A stretch of DNA of 64,000 nucleotides from an uncultured bacterium (GTDB lineage: Bacteria; Acidobacteriota; HRBIN11; JAKEFK01): assembly GCA_963777505.1 (NCBI GenBank), contig CAVZQN010000003.1, positions 1-64,000 of the forward strand, given 5' to 3'. The position numbers and the translations under genes are program-made. Of the stretch, positions 11,735 to 21,885 are shown in pieces. The notes beneath the pieces were generated by a model, which had not been told where the DNA came from, did not search any database, and worked only from the letters and a program-made list of their open reading frames with translations. Numbering within the stretch: position 1 is the stretch's first letter; each line of letters starts with the position of its first letter.

Positions 11735-12952
11735 TTACTTTCTCGTTACACGCAGAGCAATTCTCCTATTTTGCGCACGCCCAGCTTCAGTTGAGTTATC
11801 AGCAACTGGGTGTTGTTCGCCATAACCTTCAGCTTCCACGCGACTTGATGAGACGCCTAATCTTGCTAGTTCATTACTGACATTCGTTGCACGATCCTGC
11901 GAAAGTTTCATGTTCGATGCAGGGTTTCCGGCATTGTCCGTATACCCGCCTATCTTCACATTTACATTGGGATACGCTCTCAAAATTTCTGCAATATTAT
12001 GTAGTTGTTCTTGAGATTCTGGTTTGAGAGTTGCTGAACTCGATTCGAACAGAAGCCGGTCGAAGTTAATCCATGTAGTCGAATCGACTGATTTCGCCGG
12101 GTCTTCGATAAAATTAAGCAACGAGTTTTCCATACCACGATCGGGAATATTCAGTTCTATTTTGGTTGGAAGAGAGCGTTTAAGATACGTACCTAAATCG
12201 GGCCATTTTATGTTTACGTCTACTGGTTTTGGCGCTCTGATTTCTGGTGCCACTTGCGCTGTAACTTCCGGCTTATTGGAACGTCCCAAGAACCACGAAA
12301 GCAGACCGATCACTCCGATTCCTAGAAGTAAAGGTACAACCCAGCGCGAAAAGGATGATGCTTCTTCAGGGACTCTCGGTATTTCTGTCGGAATGCTGAT
12401 AGGGTCATTCAGACCAGTCAAGCCAAGAACGCTAGAAATACCTGAAGGAAGTGCTGAATAGATGTTGCTGGCTCGGCCCTTCAAGAGATTCTGTAAACCA
12501 CTCAGGCTTAATCCATCTTTACGTATCTTGTTGCCTAGAAAAAGCATCAAAAGCGAAGAAACAAATCCAAGTATTGCATTTGCGGAAGAACGTTTTATGC
12601 CAGCATGTTCCGCCAAATAGCCTTCGAACGCACTCTGGCGATTTCCTAACAATGATCCGAGAAGCTTTGTGGATTGAGAAGCAAAACCTGGATTTGTCTT
12701 TCCAATATCGAGTAAACCACTTACATTGTTAACCACATTTCGATCATCTGCCGAGTCACTGAGAAAACCAAACAGTTGACTCATTATTCCTTGATCGCTC
12801 GTCTTGGAAAGCATTGCTCCAAGAACAGAAGGGATCGCGGCACTGAATCCTTTTGAAATGGCTCCCTCAGTTTCTCCTAACGCTGTCGCCGTTTGGGTTA
12901 CGACCTGAGGCGTAATCAGCGATCTCAGAGAATCAAGTAAATTGTCAGCCAT
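11735..12952 (-). CDS. OmpA-family protein with N-terminal DUF937-like helical domain
   Basis: ATG at 12952 after GGAGG; TM helix; C-terminal IGGYTDNAG...LSQDRA...GYGEQHPVADN...NRRI. Confidence 0.92.
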   Translation of the reverse strand: MADNLLDSLRSLITPQVVTQTATALGETEGAISKGFSAAIPSVLGAMLSKTSDQGIMSQLFGFLSDSADDRNVVNNVSGLLDIGKTNPGFASQSTKLLGSLLGNRQSAFEGYLAEHAGIKRSSANAILGFVSSLLMLFLGNKIRKDGLSLSGLQNLLKGRASNIYSALPSGISSVLGLTGLNDPISIPTEIPRVPEEASSFSRWVVPLLLGIGVIGLLSWFLGRSNKPEVTAQVAPEIRAPKPVDVNIKWPDLGTYLKRSLPTKIELNIPDRGMENSLLNFIEDPAKSVDSTTWINFDRLLFESSSATLKPESQEQLHNIAEILRAYPNVNVKIGGYTDNAGNPASNMKLSQDRATNVSNELARLGVSSSRVEAEGYGEQHPVADNSTEAGRAQNRRIALRVTRK

Positions 12953-13302
12953 AGAAGCACCTCCTTCGAAAGCCAACGGTTGAATGTCTTAAAGATCTGA
13001 GGACCTTTTACGTGAGGATGATCCACAAAGTAGAGTTTGTGTTGATGGTTTCTGTTATCACCTATAGACAATATCGCATTCAAATTTGTTAGTGCCATGG
13101 GACTTTAGTCCAATACATTCACACAGCGTGATAAAGACTATGCTCACACGAATTGTCGAAAAGAATGCAGTGCATTGATTATGCTTATTGCTTACTAACG
13201 AATAATAGCTACACACTGTTCTTCGCTTTTCGACTTCGCCTGTGTCTGTACTATGGTGAAAGAACGTCATATTCTCTGAATGAAAATGCGGAGGTTTTTT
13301 CG

Positions 13303-14118
13303 ATGAGTGATGATAAAGAATATGTCTTAGGAACTCACGATGAAGAAATTTCACGTTTAGGCCTGCAACACCGGGTATGGAGACCGCGTGCTGCGGATGC
13401 ATGGCGTCGGGCTGGCTTCACGACCGGTCAAACAATTTTAGATGTTGGATGTGGACCAGGTTTTGCAACTCTGGATCTTGCAGAAATCGTAGGTCCTGCC
13501 GGACGTATCATTGCAATCGATAGATCAAAGCGTTTCATCATGACACTTGAAGAAGCAATTCGTCTGCGCGAACTTAACAATGTCTCAACTTTTGAGCTTG
13601 ATCTGGATGAAGCTGATTTACCAACAGTTCATGCAGATGGTGCATGGTGCCGCTGGGTTTTTGCTTTCGTCAAAAAACCTCAAGACCTCTTAGCACGCAT
13701 TACGAATAAATTAAGAAGCGGCGGAACGCTCGTGGTTCATGAATATTTTCATTACTCAACATGGCGAATCTCACCACGCTCTACTGAGCACGAAGATTTT
13801 GTGCGCATTGTAATGGATACGTGGCGAGCTGACGGCGGTGAGCCGGACATAGGACTCAGTTTGCCTGCATGGCTTAAAGAATATGGATTTGAAATCATTA
13901 GCCTCATTCCAATCATTGATATAATCTCTCCGTCCAATTTCGTATGGCAATGGCCGAAAGCATTTGTTCAAAGCGGGGTTCGGAGGCTTGTTAGTCTTGG
14001 TTCGATTGATCCTCAACGTGCGGAAAAAATATTGGATGCATTTGCAACCGCCGAAAGTACATCACATGCATTAATGGTGACGCCTGCTGTGGTGGAGATC
14101 ATCGCGAGACGGAGCTAG
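13303..14118 (+). CDS. Class I SAM-dependent methyltransferase
   Basis: ILDVGCGPG motif I; ATG at 13303 after GGAGG (YVLG...EISRLGLQH). Confidence 0.9.
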   Translation: MSDDKEYVLGTHDEEISRLGLQHRVWRPRAADAWRRAGFTTGQTILDVGCGPGFATLDLAEIVGPAGRIIAIDRSKRFIMTLEEAIRLRELNNVSTFELDLDEADLPTVHADGAWCRWVFAFVKKPQDLLARITNKLRSGGTLVVHEYFHYSTWRISPRSTEHEDFVRIVMDTWRADGGEPDIGLSLPAWLKEYGFEIISLIPIIDIISPSNFVWQWPKAFVQSGVRRLVSLGSIDPQRAEKILDAFATAESTSHALMVTPAVVEIIARRS

Positions 14119-14303
14119 CCCTCAACGACAGTTAAGGCCCTGATTAACGACGACACCACATTGCCAATATGCTTGCTATTAGACAGAAATGCGGGAATGA
14201 CCAGGCTGGTAGATTTATCATCGATAAATCTAAAAATCACTTGATGGTGTTTTTTGCAGAGGATTCTCGCGTTCTTTAGTGTAGGGAAACTTCAGGAGGA
14301 GTT

Positions 14304-15494
14304 ATGTTGAAAGGTTGGGTTTTGGTTTGTGTAACGTTTTTCTTTCTTAGCAGCTTTAGTTTTGCTTTAGATTCAGACCTTGACGGACTGAGTGATGATG
14401 TTGAACTCAGGTTAGGATCCAGTCGGCTCCATAAAGATATTTTCGTTGAGATCGACTGGTTTATTGTAAACGGCCGGAATTTAAGACCGAGGCCTGGCTT
14501 TGTTCCTTTGGTACAGTCAATATTTGCATCTGCGCCTGTTCTGAACCCTGATGGAGTCAGCGGAATCCGCATTCATCTTGAACTCAGTCAAGGAATCCGA
14601 ACAAATCGAACTGTCTTAGGATTTGGTAATCCAGATGGCACTTACAACTGGGGTGAGTTTGAAGCCTATAAGAACGTGTATTTTAATCCTTCTAAAAGGG
14701 CCACTCATCATTACTGTTTATTTATAGCGGACATGGGAGATGAGAATGGTCAACCGTCATTCATTTCAGGACGTTCGCGTAACTCTCCCATCCCATCTCA
14801 GTTTGGTCAAGGGGCGAGTGATTTTATTGTTGCCCTAGGCGGCCCAGCTTGGTATAACGACCCGACTCCCGGACGATACAAAGAAACTCAAGCCGGGACT
14901 TTCGTACATGAATTAGGTCATAACCTTGGCTTAAAACATGGAGGCACAGATCATGTCACGTTTAAACCGAATTTTTTAAGTTTATTGAATTATTCATTTC
15001 AAACGGAAGGAATCCCTTACACAAGATTCGATGGGGTACGTTTCCGCATCTATGATTATGAACGTTTTTTTCTGCCACCATTAAACGAGAATAATTTGAA
15101 TGAGGCGTTTGGCCTTGGACCATTTGCATCAGATTCTGCCGGCGTTTACGGGACAACCTGGTGGCTTACTAAGGATGGTGTGAACTTCTCGGAAAAAAAG
15201 ACATACAATGCTGTGTCATTTGTAGATTGGAACCAAGACGGCAGGATCGGTTTTGTCCGGATCAATATTAATCAGGATTCTAAGCTCAGTACGTACCGGG
15301 GTACTCCACAATGGAACAAACTAGTTTATGGAGGGGGCATGATTGGCGCTGCGGACTTATCGAAAGCTGCTGCTGCCTTACCCAAGGCAACTACTTTACG
15401 CTGTCTGCATGCTAAAGATCGCCCCAAACGTGAAATTTCCTCAGATGATGCAAATATTCGGGTTGGGTCATATATGGATATCTTTAAAAAGTAA
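14304..15494 (+). CDS. Secreted metzincin-type zinc metalloprotease
   Basis: Signal peptide; DSDLDGLSDDVE Ca-binding-like repeat; HELGHNLGLKH (HExxHxxGxxH). Confidence 0.85.
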   Translation: MLKGWVLVCVTFFFLSSFSFALDSDLDGLSDDVELRLGSSRLHKDIFVEIDWFIVNGRNLRPRPGFVPLVQSIFASAPVLNPDGVSGIRIHLELSQGIRTNRTVLGFGNPDGTYNWGEFEAYKNVYFNPSKRATHHYCLFIADMGDENGQPSFISGRSRNSPIPSQFGQGASDFIVALGGPAWYNDPTPGRYKETQAGTFVHELGHNLGLKHGGTDHVTFKPNFLSLLNYSFQTEGIPYTRFDGVRFRIYDYERFFLPPLNENNLNEAFGLGPFASDSAGVYGTTWWLTKDGVNFSEKKTYNAVSFVDWNQDGRIGFVRININQDSKLSTYRGTPQWNKLVYGGGMIGAADLSKAAAALPKATTLRCLHAKDRPKREISSDDANIRVGSYMDIFKK

Positions 15495-15509
15495 TTGTTG
15501 TTAGGAGTT

Positions 15510-15536
15510 GGTAGGGGCGGCCCGTGTGGCTGCCCT
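15510..15536. repeat. REP-like palindrome, GTAGGGGCG family
   Basis: ggtaggggcggcccgtgtggctgccct; related copies at 17700-17715, 32299-32324, 37323-37399. Confidence 0.6.
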
Positions 15537-15537
15537 G

Positions 15538-16491
15538 CTAGCTCTTTAAGATATCAGCCAAAACTGAAGAGTCAATATTTCCACCCGAAACGACACACAC
15601 AATTTTTCCAGTGCCTGCTTTTCCGGAAAGTGCGGCTGCAACAGGTGTAGCGCCTGCGCCTTCGGCCACTATGCGATTCCGTTCAACTAATAACTTGATT
15701 GCGGACGCAACGGATGTAAGTGACATTACGAGCGAGCCGTCCAATAGATTTCGAACCATTGGCCACATTTCAGGCAGCAAGCTTTTTCCACCAATTCCAT
15801 CAACAAAACTTGCAGTGTAAGTTACTGAACGAGGTTCTCCTGCTTCGAAAGAAACTGATAAAGGGCTCGCTGTTTCAACTTCGCAGGCATAAATTTTCGT
15901 TTCTGGTTTTAAAGCTCTGATCGCAGAGGCAATTCCACAACTAAGTCCGCCTCCTCCATAAGGAATCAATACCGTATCTACATCAGGCAAGTCTTCCAGA
16001 ATTTCAAGGCCAATGGTACCGTTTCCAGCGATTACATCATGATTGCTAACCGGATGAACAAACATTCCGTTGCATTGATCGTATTTCCCTGTCATCAGAA
16101 TTTGCCACCATTCATCAAATGGAACTTTTATGATGCTTCCGCCAAGCCGGCGCACTGCCGCGAGTTTTGTTTCGGGTGCATGATCAGGTACAACAACAGT
16201 GCAGGGGATTCCCAGACGCATTGCGTTCCATGCAACACCCTGCGCCATATTCCCAGCGCTTGCTGTAAAAACTCCGGCGGCAAGCTGTTCGCGCGGAGCG
16301 AGTAGCATTGCATTTCCGGCACCACGCAATTTAAAGGAGCCGATCGCTTGCAAGTTTTCAAGCTTCAGGAAAATTTCGGCAGGCGAATCTTGTATTTGCA
16401 AACGAACAAGAGGTGTCCGCATGGCAATGGATTGAATCCGTTTTTGTGCTGCTTGAATTTCCTGAATTGGAATTGGTTTAAGTGGATCCAT
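15538..16491 (-). CDS. Threonine/serine dehydratase family PLP enzyme
   Basis: KLENLQAIGSFKLRG, SAGNMAQG, GGGGL, SGGN motifs. Confidence 0.93.
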   Translation of the reverse strand: MDPLKPIPIQEIQAAQKRIQSIAMRTPLVRLQIQDSPAEIFLKLENLQAIGSFKLRGAGNAMLLAPREQLAAGVFTASAGNMAQGVAWNAMRLGIPCTVVVPDHAPETKLAAVRRLGGSIIKVPFDEWWQILMTGKYDQCNGMFVHPVSNHDVIAGNGTIGLEILEDLPDVDTVLIPYGGGGLSCGIASAIRALKPETKIYACEVETASPLSVSFEAGEPRSVTYTASFVDGIGGKSLLPEMWPMVRNLLDGSLVMSLTSVASAIKLLVERNRIVAEGAGATPVAAALSGKAGTGKIVCVVSGGNIDSSVLADILKS

Positions 16492-17488
16492 GCCCGCGCG
16501 TGCCTCCAATTTCTACCGCTTCCCCTGCATCTAATTCACAAGCCCGGTCATATATGAAATTTGCGCTCGCTAAATCTTCAACTGCAATTCCAAGAGACTT
16601 AAAGATGGTGATTTCATCAGGAGAGTTTCTGCCTTTGATTCGAGCGAGCAATACTTCTCCAATTTCCCCTAGAATATGATTATCATCAATCGCCCCTTCT
16701 TGTTTTGGAATCAAAAAATCTCCAGCTTCGTTCATTGCAGATTCAATTCGATCAACAAACAGCCGGGATCGCACGATTGTTGTTGTGTCCAGTTCGCGGG
16801 TCGTTGGAAAACATGCGCCAACAGCATTGATGTGAGTGCCGGGGGAAACCCAATCCGATTGAATCACCGGATCTTTTGAAGAAGTAGTGGTGCAGATCAG
16901 ATCGGAATTCCTGATTGCTTCTTCAGCAGTACTTGTGCTTTGAACTGGAATTCCATGCCGCTTGGATTGAAGTTCAACAAACGTATCAAGATGCTTCTTA
17001 TTTGGACTCCACACGCGGACGCTTCGAATCTTGCGCGACAAAAGCATCGCTTCTAGATGCGTGACCGCTTGAACTCCGGATCCCAAAATTGCAAGATCAC
17101 AAGCATCCTCCCGCGCCAACAGTTTTGTAGCGGCGCCGCTGACTGCAGCAGTCCGGATCGCAGTTACTGAAGAAGCGTCGACAATTGCGAGCAATCTTCC
17201 GTAAACCGGTTCGAATAAAAGAATGACACCTTGATGAGAATCATATTCAGTCACAGTATTTCCAGGGAATACACTAATTACTTTCACGCCAAATGAGGCA
17301 GGATTCATCAGATAGGAGGGCATCATTGCGAGCACGCCATTCTTTTCAGGTAATCTCAAGACAGGGCGAAGCGGCAGAATTGCTTCACCCCTGGCCAGCG
17401 CCATTAATACCTGTTCCATCAATCGAATGCAGTCCCGCATGGTGAGCAGTTCTTCTACCACCGCCTGACTTAAGATTCGAACTTTCAT
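16478..17488 (-). CDS. Ornithine cyclodeaminase / mu-crystallin family protein
   Basis: TAIRTAAVS, ILGSGVQA, HINAVGA, FKSLGIAVED motifs. Confidence 0.93.
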   Translation of the reverse strand: MKVRILSQAVVEELLTMRDCIRLMEQVLMALARGEAILPLRPVLRLPEKNGVLAMMPSYLMNPASFGVKVISVFPGNTVTEYDSHQGVILLFEPVYGRLLAIVDASSVTAIRTAAVSGAATKLLAREDACDLAILGSGVQAVTHLEAMLLSRKIRSVRVWSPNKKHLDTFVELQSKRHGIPVQSTSTAEEAIRNSDLICTTTSSKDPVIQSDWVSPGTHINAVGACFPTTRELDTTTIVRSRLFVDRIESAMNEAGDFLIPKQEGAIDDNHILGEIGEVLLARIKGRNSPDEITIFKSLGIAVEDLASANFIYDRACELDAGEAVEIGGTRGHGST

Positions 17489-17570
17489 TTGTAGTAAGGC
17501 ACGCAGTGCCATTCAATGTTAGTAAACGGCACTGCTTCGCCTTCGCTCAGCTGCGTGCCTATCTACAAAT
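17487..17570. repeat. REP/REPIN-like element, AGGCACGCAG family
   Basis: atttgtagtaaggcacgcag...ctgcgtgcctatctacaaat inverted ends; half copies at 25394-25440 and 54696-54740. Confidence 0.75.
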
Positions 17571-17752
17571 TACATTCTTTTTCATAGCAATGAAAGGCTG
17601 CGACCAATTTTATGAGTCCTTCTTGAGTCCACTGTGAGCCCACTCAGTCCGAATTAATTTTAAGTGAAATGTTTTTCCTTTTATGATGATCGCTCAAATG
17701 GGGGCAGCCCCTACCAATTTTCGGATAAGTTTAAAAATAGATGAGGAAGTGT

Positions 17753-18835
17753 ATGAAAATTTTAAAATTCGTAATAGTGGCTTTGTTCGCAATTTATTCT
17801 CGATTCTCAATCGCAGATACACCAACGAAACACGATTTTGAAATGACCAAGGTCGCCGAAGGCGTTTATGCATTTATTGCAAACGAATCCAATTCAGGGG
17901 CGGTTCAGGGCAATGTAGTCCTGGTTATTGGTGAAAAAAGTGCGCTTTTGATTGACTCCGGCCAGTTTCCTGCATTGGCAGAACGGATGGCAGCAAAAGT
18001 TCAAGAAGTAACCCAAAAACCAGTTCGTCTGTTAATTAACACTCACTGGCATGGAGATCATTTATTAGCCAACCATATCTTCCGCGAAAAATTTCCAGGC
18101 CTACTGGTCCTTGCACATCAAAACGCAAAAGATCCGATGCGAAAATATTATGAAAAGTGGGACGAAGAAGTAAGAAGTTTTCCGCAAGTAATCGAACAAA
18201 TGCGCGCACAATTAAAAAGCGGATTGCGGAAAAGCGGAGCCCCACTGGATGAGGAACAGAAACTCGGATTGAAGATGGATAGTGATACGCTCGAAGCAAT
18301 CTTACCGGAAATGACTAAGACGAAATTCGAATTTCCTGACATGTACTTTACGAATGAACTTTCATTTGAGCTGGGGAATCGTGAAGTTAAAGTGAAAAAT
18401 TACGGATGGGGAAATACCGCAGGTGATGCAATCATTTATGTGCCAGACGTAAAAGTATTGATAACAGGCGATACGGTTGTTTATCCAACTCCATATTCGT
18501 TCGGTTCCAATCATAGCGAATGGATCAAAATTCTGAACCAGCTGATTTCAATTGGTGCTGAAAAAATTGTTCCCGGTCACGGTCCTATCATGTCTGATGC
18601 ATCATATATAAAGACTTTGATTTCTCTTCTGGAAGATACTCGAGCTCAGGTGCGTGCCGCAGTTAAAGAGGGTCTAAAGTTGGAAGACGTTCGGAAACGA
18701 GTCACTTTGGAAGATTGGAAAACAAAATTAGCAGGAGATGATAAATTTCGGCGTCGCGCATTCCGCGATTTTTACCTCAACCCTGGTATTGAACAGGCCT
18801 ATAAGGAAGCTGTAGGTGAACCTCTAAGCGAATAA
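17753..18835 (+). CDS. Exported MBL-fold metallo-hydrolase
   Basis: Signal peptide; THWHGDH, ITGD, VPGHG. Confidence 0.9.
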   Translation: MKILKFVIVALFAIYSRFSIADTPTKHDFEMTKVAEGVYAFIANESNSGAVQGNVVLVIGEKSALLIDSGQFPALAERMAAKVQEVTQKPVRLLINTHWHGDHLLANHIFREKFPGLLVLAHQNAKDPMRKYYEKWDEEVRSFPQVIEQMRAQLKSGLRKSGAPLDEEQKLGLKMDSDTLEAILPEMTKTKFEFPDMYFTNELSFELGNREVKVKNYGWGNTAGDAIIYVPDVKVLITGDTVVYPTPYSFGSNHSEWIKILNQLISIGAEKIVPGHGPIMSDASYIKTLISLLEDTRAQVRAAVKEGLKLEDVRKRVTLEDWKTKLAGDDKFRRRAFRDFYLNPGIEQAYKEAVGEPLSE

Positions 18836-18894
18836 AAAGATCGGAACAAGACATTCACTCATTGCGTATAGAATAGGAGCACAATGAGAAGACA

Positions 18895-19707
18895 ATGAGT
18901 GAGAAACCGCGTATTTCATTGATCTGGTTTTTCGTAATCCTTTTTGTTGTTTCGTGGCTTGGCGCGCTTCCAATGGTTCTCGCGTCCCATGGACATAAAC
19001 TTTCCACACCTGTGCGGTTGCTGCAAATTTTCATGTTTTTCGGCCAAGGTCTTGTTGCGGCTCTTTTTGTATGGATCAATGAAGGAAAACCGGGTCTTCG
19101 CCTCCTTTTTGGAAGATTACTGAAATGGAAGGTTGGTTTTCACTGGTATCTCATAGTGCTTTTTCTGCCTGCGGTTATTAACTTAATTGTCCGGCAGATT
19201 GGATCAATGATGGGATATAAAATTCCATCGCTCGCTGCTCCGGAGACATTGTTAATTTCGTTTGCCACAACTTTTGTTGCTTACTTTTTCTTAAATACTG
19301 AAGAACTTGCCTGGCGCGGTGTTGCACTTCCAAAGTTGCAGGAACGCTTGAATCCACACACTGCAAGCCTGATTATTGGGATAATCTGGGGAGTCTTTCA
19401 TGCCCCGATCTTTCTAATGAAAGGCGGACATCCGGCTGGATTCCCTTTTCCTCTCTACATGGTGATGGTCGTTGCAATGTCCTTTATTTTTACGTGGGCA
19501 TTCAATGGTAGTGGAGGAAGTTTGCTAATCGCTCATCTTTTACATCAATCAGTAAATACATGGGCTGAAGTTCTCCCATCCTACCCAAAAGCTGTAGATA
19601 GTAATATTCCGGCAATATTCAGCGCAGCGTTTCTTGTGATTTGGGCAATCGTGGTTTCACTTCCAAAAAAGAATCACAGTGATTCGAAAGTAAGCGCTGT
19701 TATTTGA
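18895..19707 (+). CDS. CPBP (Abi/CAAX) family intramembrane metalloprotease
   Basis: EELAWRG, WGVFH, HLLHQSVN motifs; multiple TM helices. Confidence 0.9.
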   Translation: MSEKPRISLIWFFVILFVVSWLGALPMVLASHGHKLSTPVRLLQIFMFFGQGLVAALFVWINEGKPGLRLLFGRLLKWKVGFHWYLIVLFLPAVINLIVRQIGSMMGYKIPSLAAPETLLISFATTFVAYFFLNTEELAWRGVALPKLQERLNPHTASLIIGIIWGVFHAPIFLMKGGHPAGFPFPLYMVMVVAMSFIFTWAFNGSGGSLLIAHLLHQSVNTWAEVLPSYPKAVDSNIPAIFSAAFLVIWAIVVSLPKKNHSDSKVSAVI

Positions 19708-21226
19708 TCAGCTGCGAGTTGGATTCGATCCACTGAGCTGCTTCAGCTTGAGTCTTAACTTCACCTTTTAAGATTGCCAGAACAAGATCCGCAGTCTTTA
19801 CAGTTTGAAACAGTACATCGAGATTAATGCGAGTTGTTTGATACGGCATTTTTAGAAGAAATGGAACATAACGACTTTGTTTGCCGCTGAAGACGGTTGC
19901 GTCACTCCATGGATTGTCAGACGTTAAGATTATGGCAGTTTCATCCCATAGTCCCGCATCTTTCAACGTCAATTTAAGCTGTCCAAAAGCACGATCAACA
20001 AGAGCTACATTATCAACATATCCATCAACATTTGAAAAAGTGACTGTTGTAAGTTTTTCGCTGTTTCGATTGTAAATTGCAGGAGGATGTGGAATCGGAA
20101 AGTGAAGGAAAATAAGACCCGAAGAACTCTTTAAGACTTTTTTAGAGTCCTCCAAAATGTTGCGATATGCGTGAATGGCTAAACGTCTTCTATTAAACGG
20201 ATAAATTGTTGCAAGTTGATCGGCCATTGCACTCAACAATCTTTTTTCATCGGCGCGTTTTTGACCGGTAACAGTCTGAAATACGGGTTGCCATGAACAG
20301 CTATCAAGATTTTTTTGAAATAACCTACAGTAAGGGTGGTACCAACCGATTGCAGTTGTTGCAAAACCAGCTTCCTTTGCGCGGCTAAAGACATTTGGAA
20401 GAGAACTCAGAGTCGTCGGTGTTGAAGATCCTTGTGGCACAACGGCTAATTCTGATGAGCTCTGAGGATTTGATTCGACCAATGTTGTAGCTGTGAGCAG
20501 GGAGGGGATCGAAATCAAAGTGAGATTAGAGGGCGTTTGTGCTTTTTGAATACTGATTGATGTCAACCAGAATGCATCCAGGTCAGATGTGTAGAATTTC
20601 TCTGGCCGGTTTTCATAAAGAAGATTCCGATCCAGTTCATCAAAGATGATCCAGACAACTCGCGGCCCTTTTTTCAAGGCTTTGTTGATAACTAACTTTT
20701 GGGAAGAGTCGTGATAACGCGATTTCAAAGTGAATGCTGTGATTAATCCCTGACCGGTTGTGATGAGTGCAAACGGCGCAAGAAACAGAACTAAAATCGT
20801 AATTACTTTGAAAATCTTACGCCTGAAATAAAACAAGGCTATTGCCAGGAGTACGACAACGATAAGAGCAGGGATGATCATTCCTGATTTTGAGATCCGC
20901 GCATGTAGTACTCCGATCCCAAAATTCGTGGTGAATTGAAAACGGATGATATTGAGGACGATCAGCATTGATCCTATAAAGACAATTCGAACAACAGTCT
21001 TGTGCCATTCATTCCCCCAACGCTTGATGATTTGAACAAATCCAAAAAAAAATGTCCCAAGTAGAATCGTATTAAACACTGCTGCAAAGTAATCGGATGC
21101 GGCCGGTGGGGAAAGCATGTAATATGCAGCCGTACTGCTTGTATAAAGCAGTTCAGACCAGACTGTAAGAAGCAAAAGGTTGGCAACCGAAAGACCAAGC
21201 GACCAATCGCGCCACCAATTCCTCAT
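19700..21226 (-). CDS. Membrane-anchored alkaline-phosphatase-superfamily (sulfatase-like) transferase/hydrolase
   Basis: ~5 N-terminal TM helices then VVWIIFDE, TLISIPSLLT, HFPIPHPP, IILTSD. Confidence 0.75.
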   Translation of the reverse strand: MRNWWRDWSLGLSVANLLLLTVWSELLYTSSTAAYYMLSPPAASDYFAAVFNTILLGTFFFGFVQIIKRWGNEWHKTVVRIVFIGSMLIVLNIIRFQFTTNFGIGVLHARISKSGMIIPALIVVVLLAIALFYFRRKIFKVITILVLFLAPFALITTGQGLITAFTLKSRYHDSSQKLVINKALKKGPRVVWIIFDELDRNLLYENRPEKFYTSDLDAFWLTSISIQKAQTPSNLTLISIPSLLTATTLVESNPQSSSELAVVPQGSSTPTTLSSLPNVFSRAKEAGFATTAIGWYHPYCRLFQKNLDSCSWQPVFQTVTGQKRADEKRLLSAMADQLATIYPFNRRRLAIHAYRNILEDSKKVLKSSSGLIFLHFPIPHPPAIYNRNSEKLTTVTFSNVDGYVDNVALVDRAFGQLKLTLKDAGLWDETAIILTSDNPWSDATVFSGKQSRYVPFLLKMPYQTTRINLDVLFQTVKTADLVLAILKGEVKTQAEAAQWIESNSQLIK

Positions 21227-21320
21227 CGGATAGATACTACAATTCTCTGGATATCTCTTGATACATCCATTTTGATTTTCTCTTAAACTTTGCAACTATT
21301 ATTATCAACGAGGAGGAGCG

Positions 21321-21884
21321 ATGGTACCAATAACATCTTTGTTGATTCCGATTTTGCTTTCAGCGGTTATTGTTTTTCTGGCAAGTTTTATCCTGCACAT
21401 GGTACTGAAATATCACAGTAATGAGTTCAAAAAACTTCCGAATGAAGACAGTGTTCGTGACGCCATCCGTTCTGCCAACGTTCAACCGGGATTTTATGCA
21501 TTTCCGCATCATTCAGGTCCCAAGGAAATGAAATCGCCCGAAATGGTTGAAAAATTTAATAGAGGTCCAGTTGGATTCTTAACGACGATTCCAAATGGGC
21601 TGCCTCCGTTTGGAAAGTTTCTCGTCTTCTGGTTTTTGTATTGTATTTTGATTGGCATATTCGCAGCCTACATAACTGGCCGTACAACACCAGCAGGTGC
21701 GGAGTATCTTACCGTATTCCGTTTAACAGGAACGATTGCATTTCTGGGATACGGAGTTGGCTACATATTAGATTCAATCTGGAAAGGTCAACCCTGGAGC
21801 AGTACGATAAAACATCTCATTGATGGTTTAGTTTATGGGCTTCTGACCGCAGGAACGTTTGGATGGCTCTGGCCTAAATCATGA
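21321..21884 (+). CDS. Conserved hypothetical membrane protein
   Basis: GGAGG RBS; 4 hydrophobic segments. Confidence 0.75.
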   Translation: MVPITSLLIPILLSAVIVFLASFILHMVLKYHSNEFKKLPNEDSVRDAIRSANVQPGFYAFPHHSGPKEMKSPEMVEKFNRGPVGFLTTIPNGLPPFGKFLVFWFLYCILIGIFAAYITGRTTPAGAEYLTVFRLTGTIAFLGYGVGYILDSIWKGQPWSSTIKHLIDGLVYGLLTAGTFGWLWPKS

Positions 21885-21885
21885 A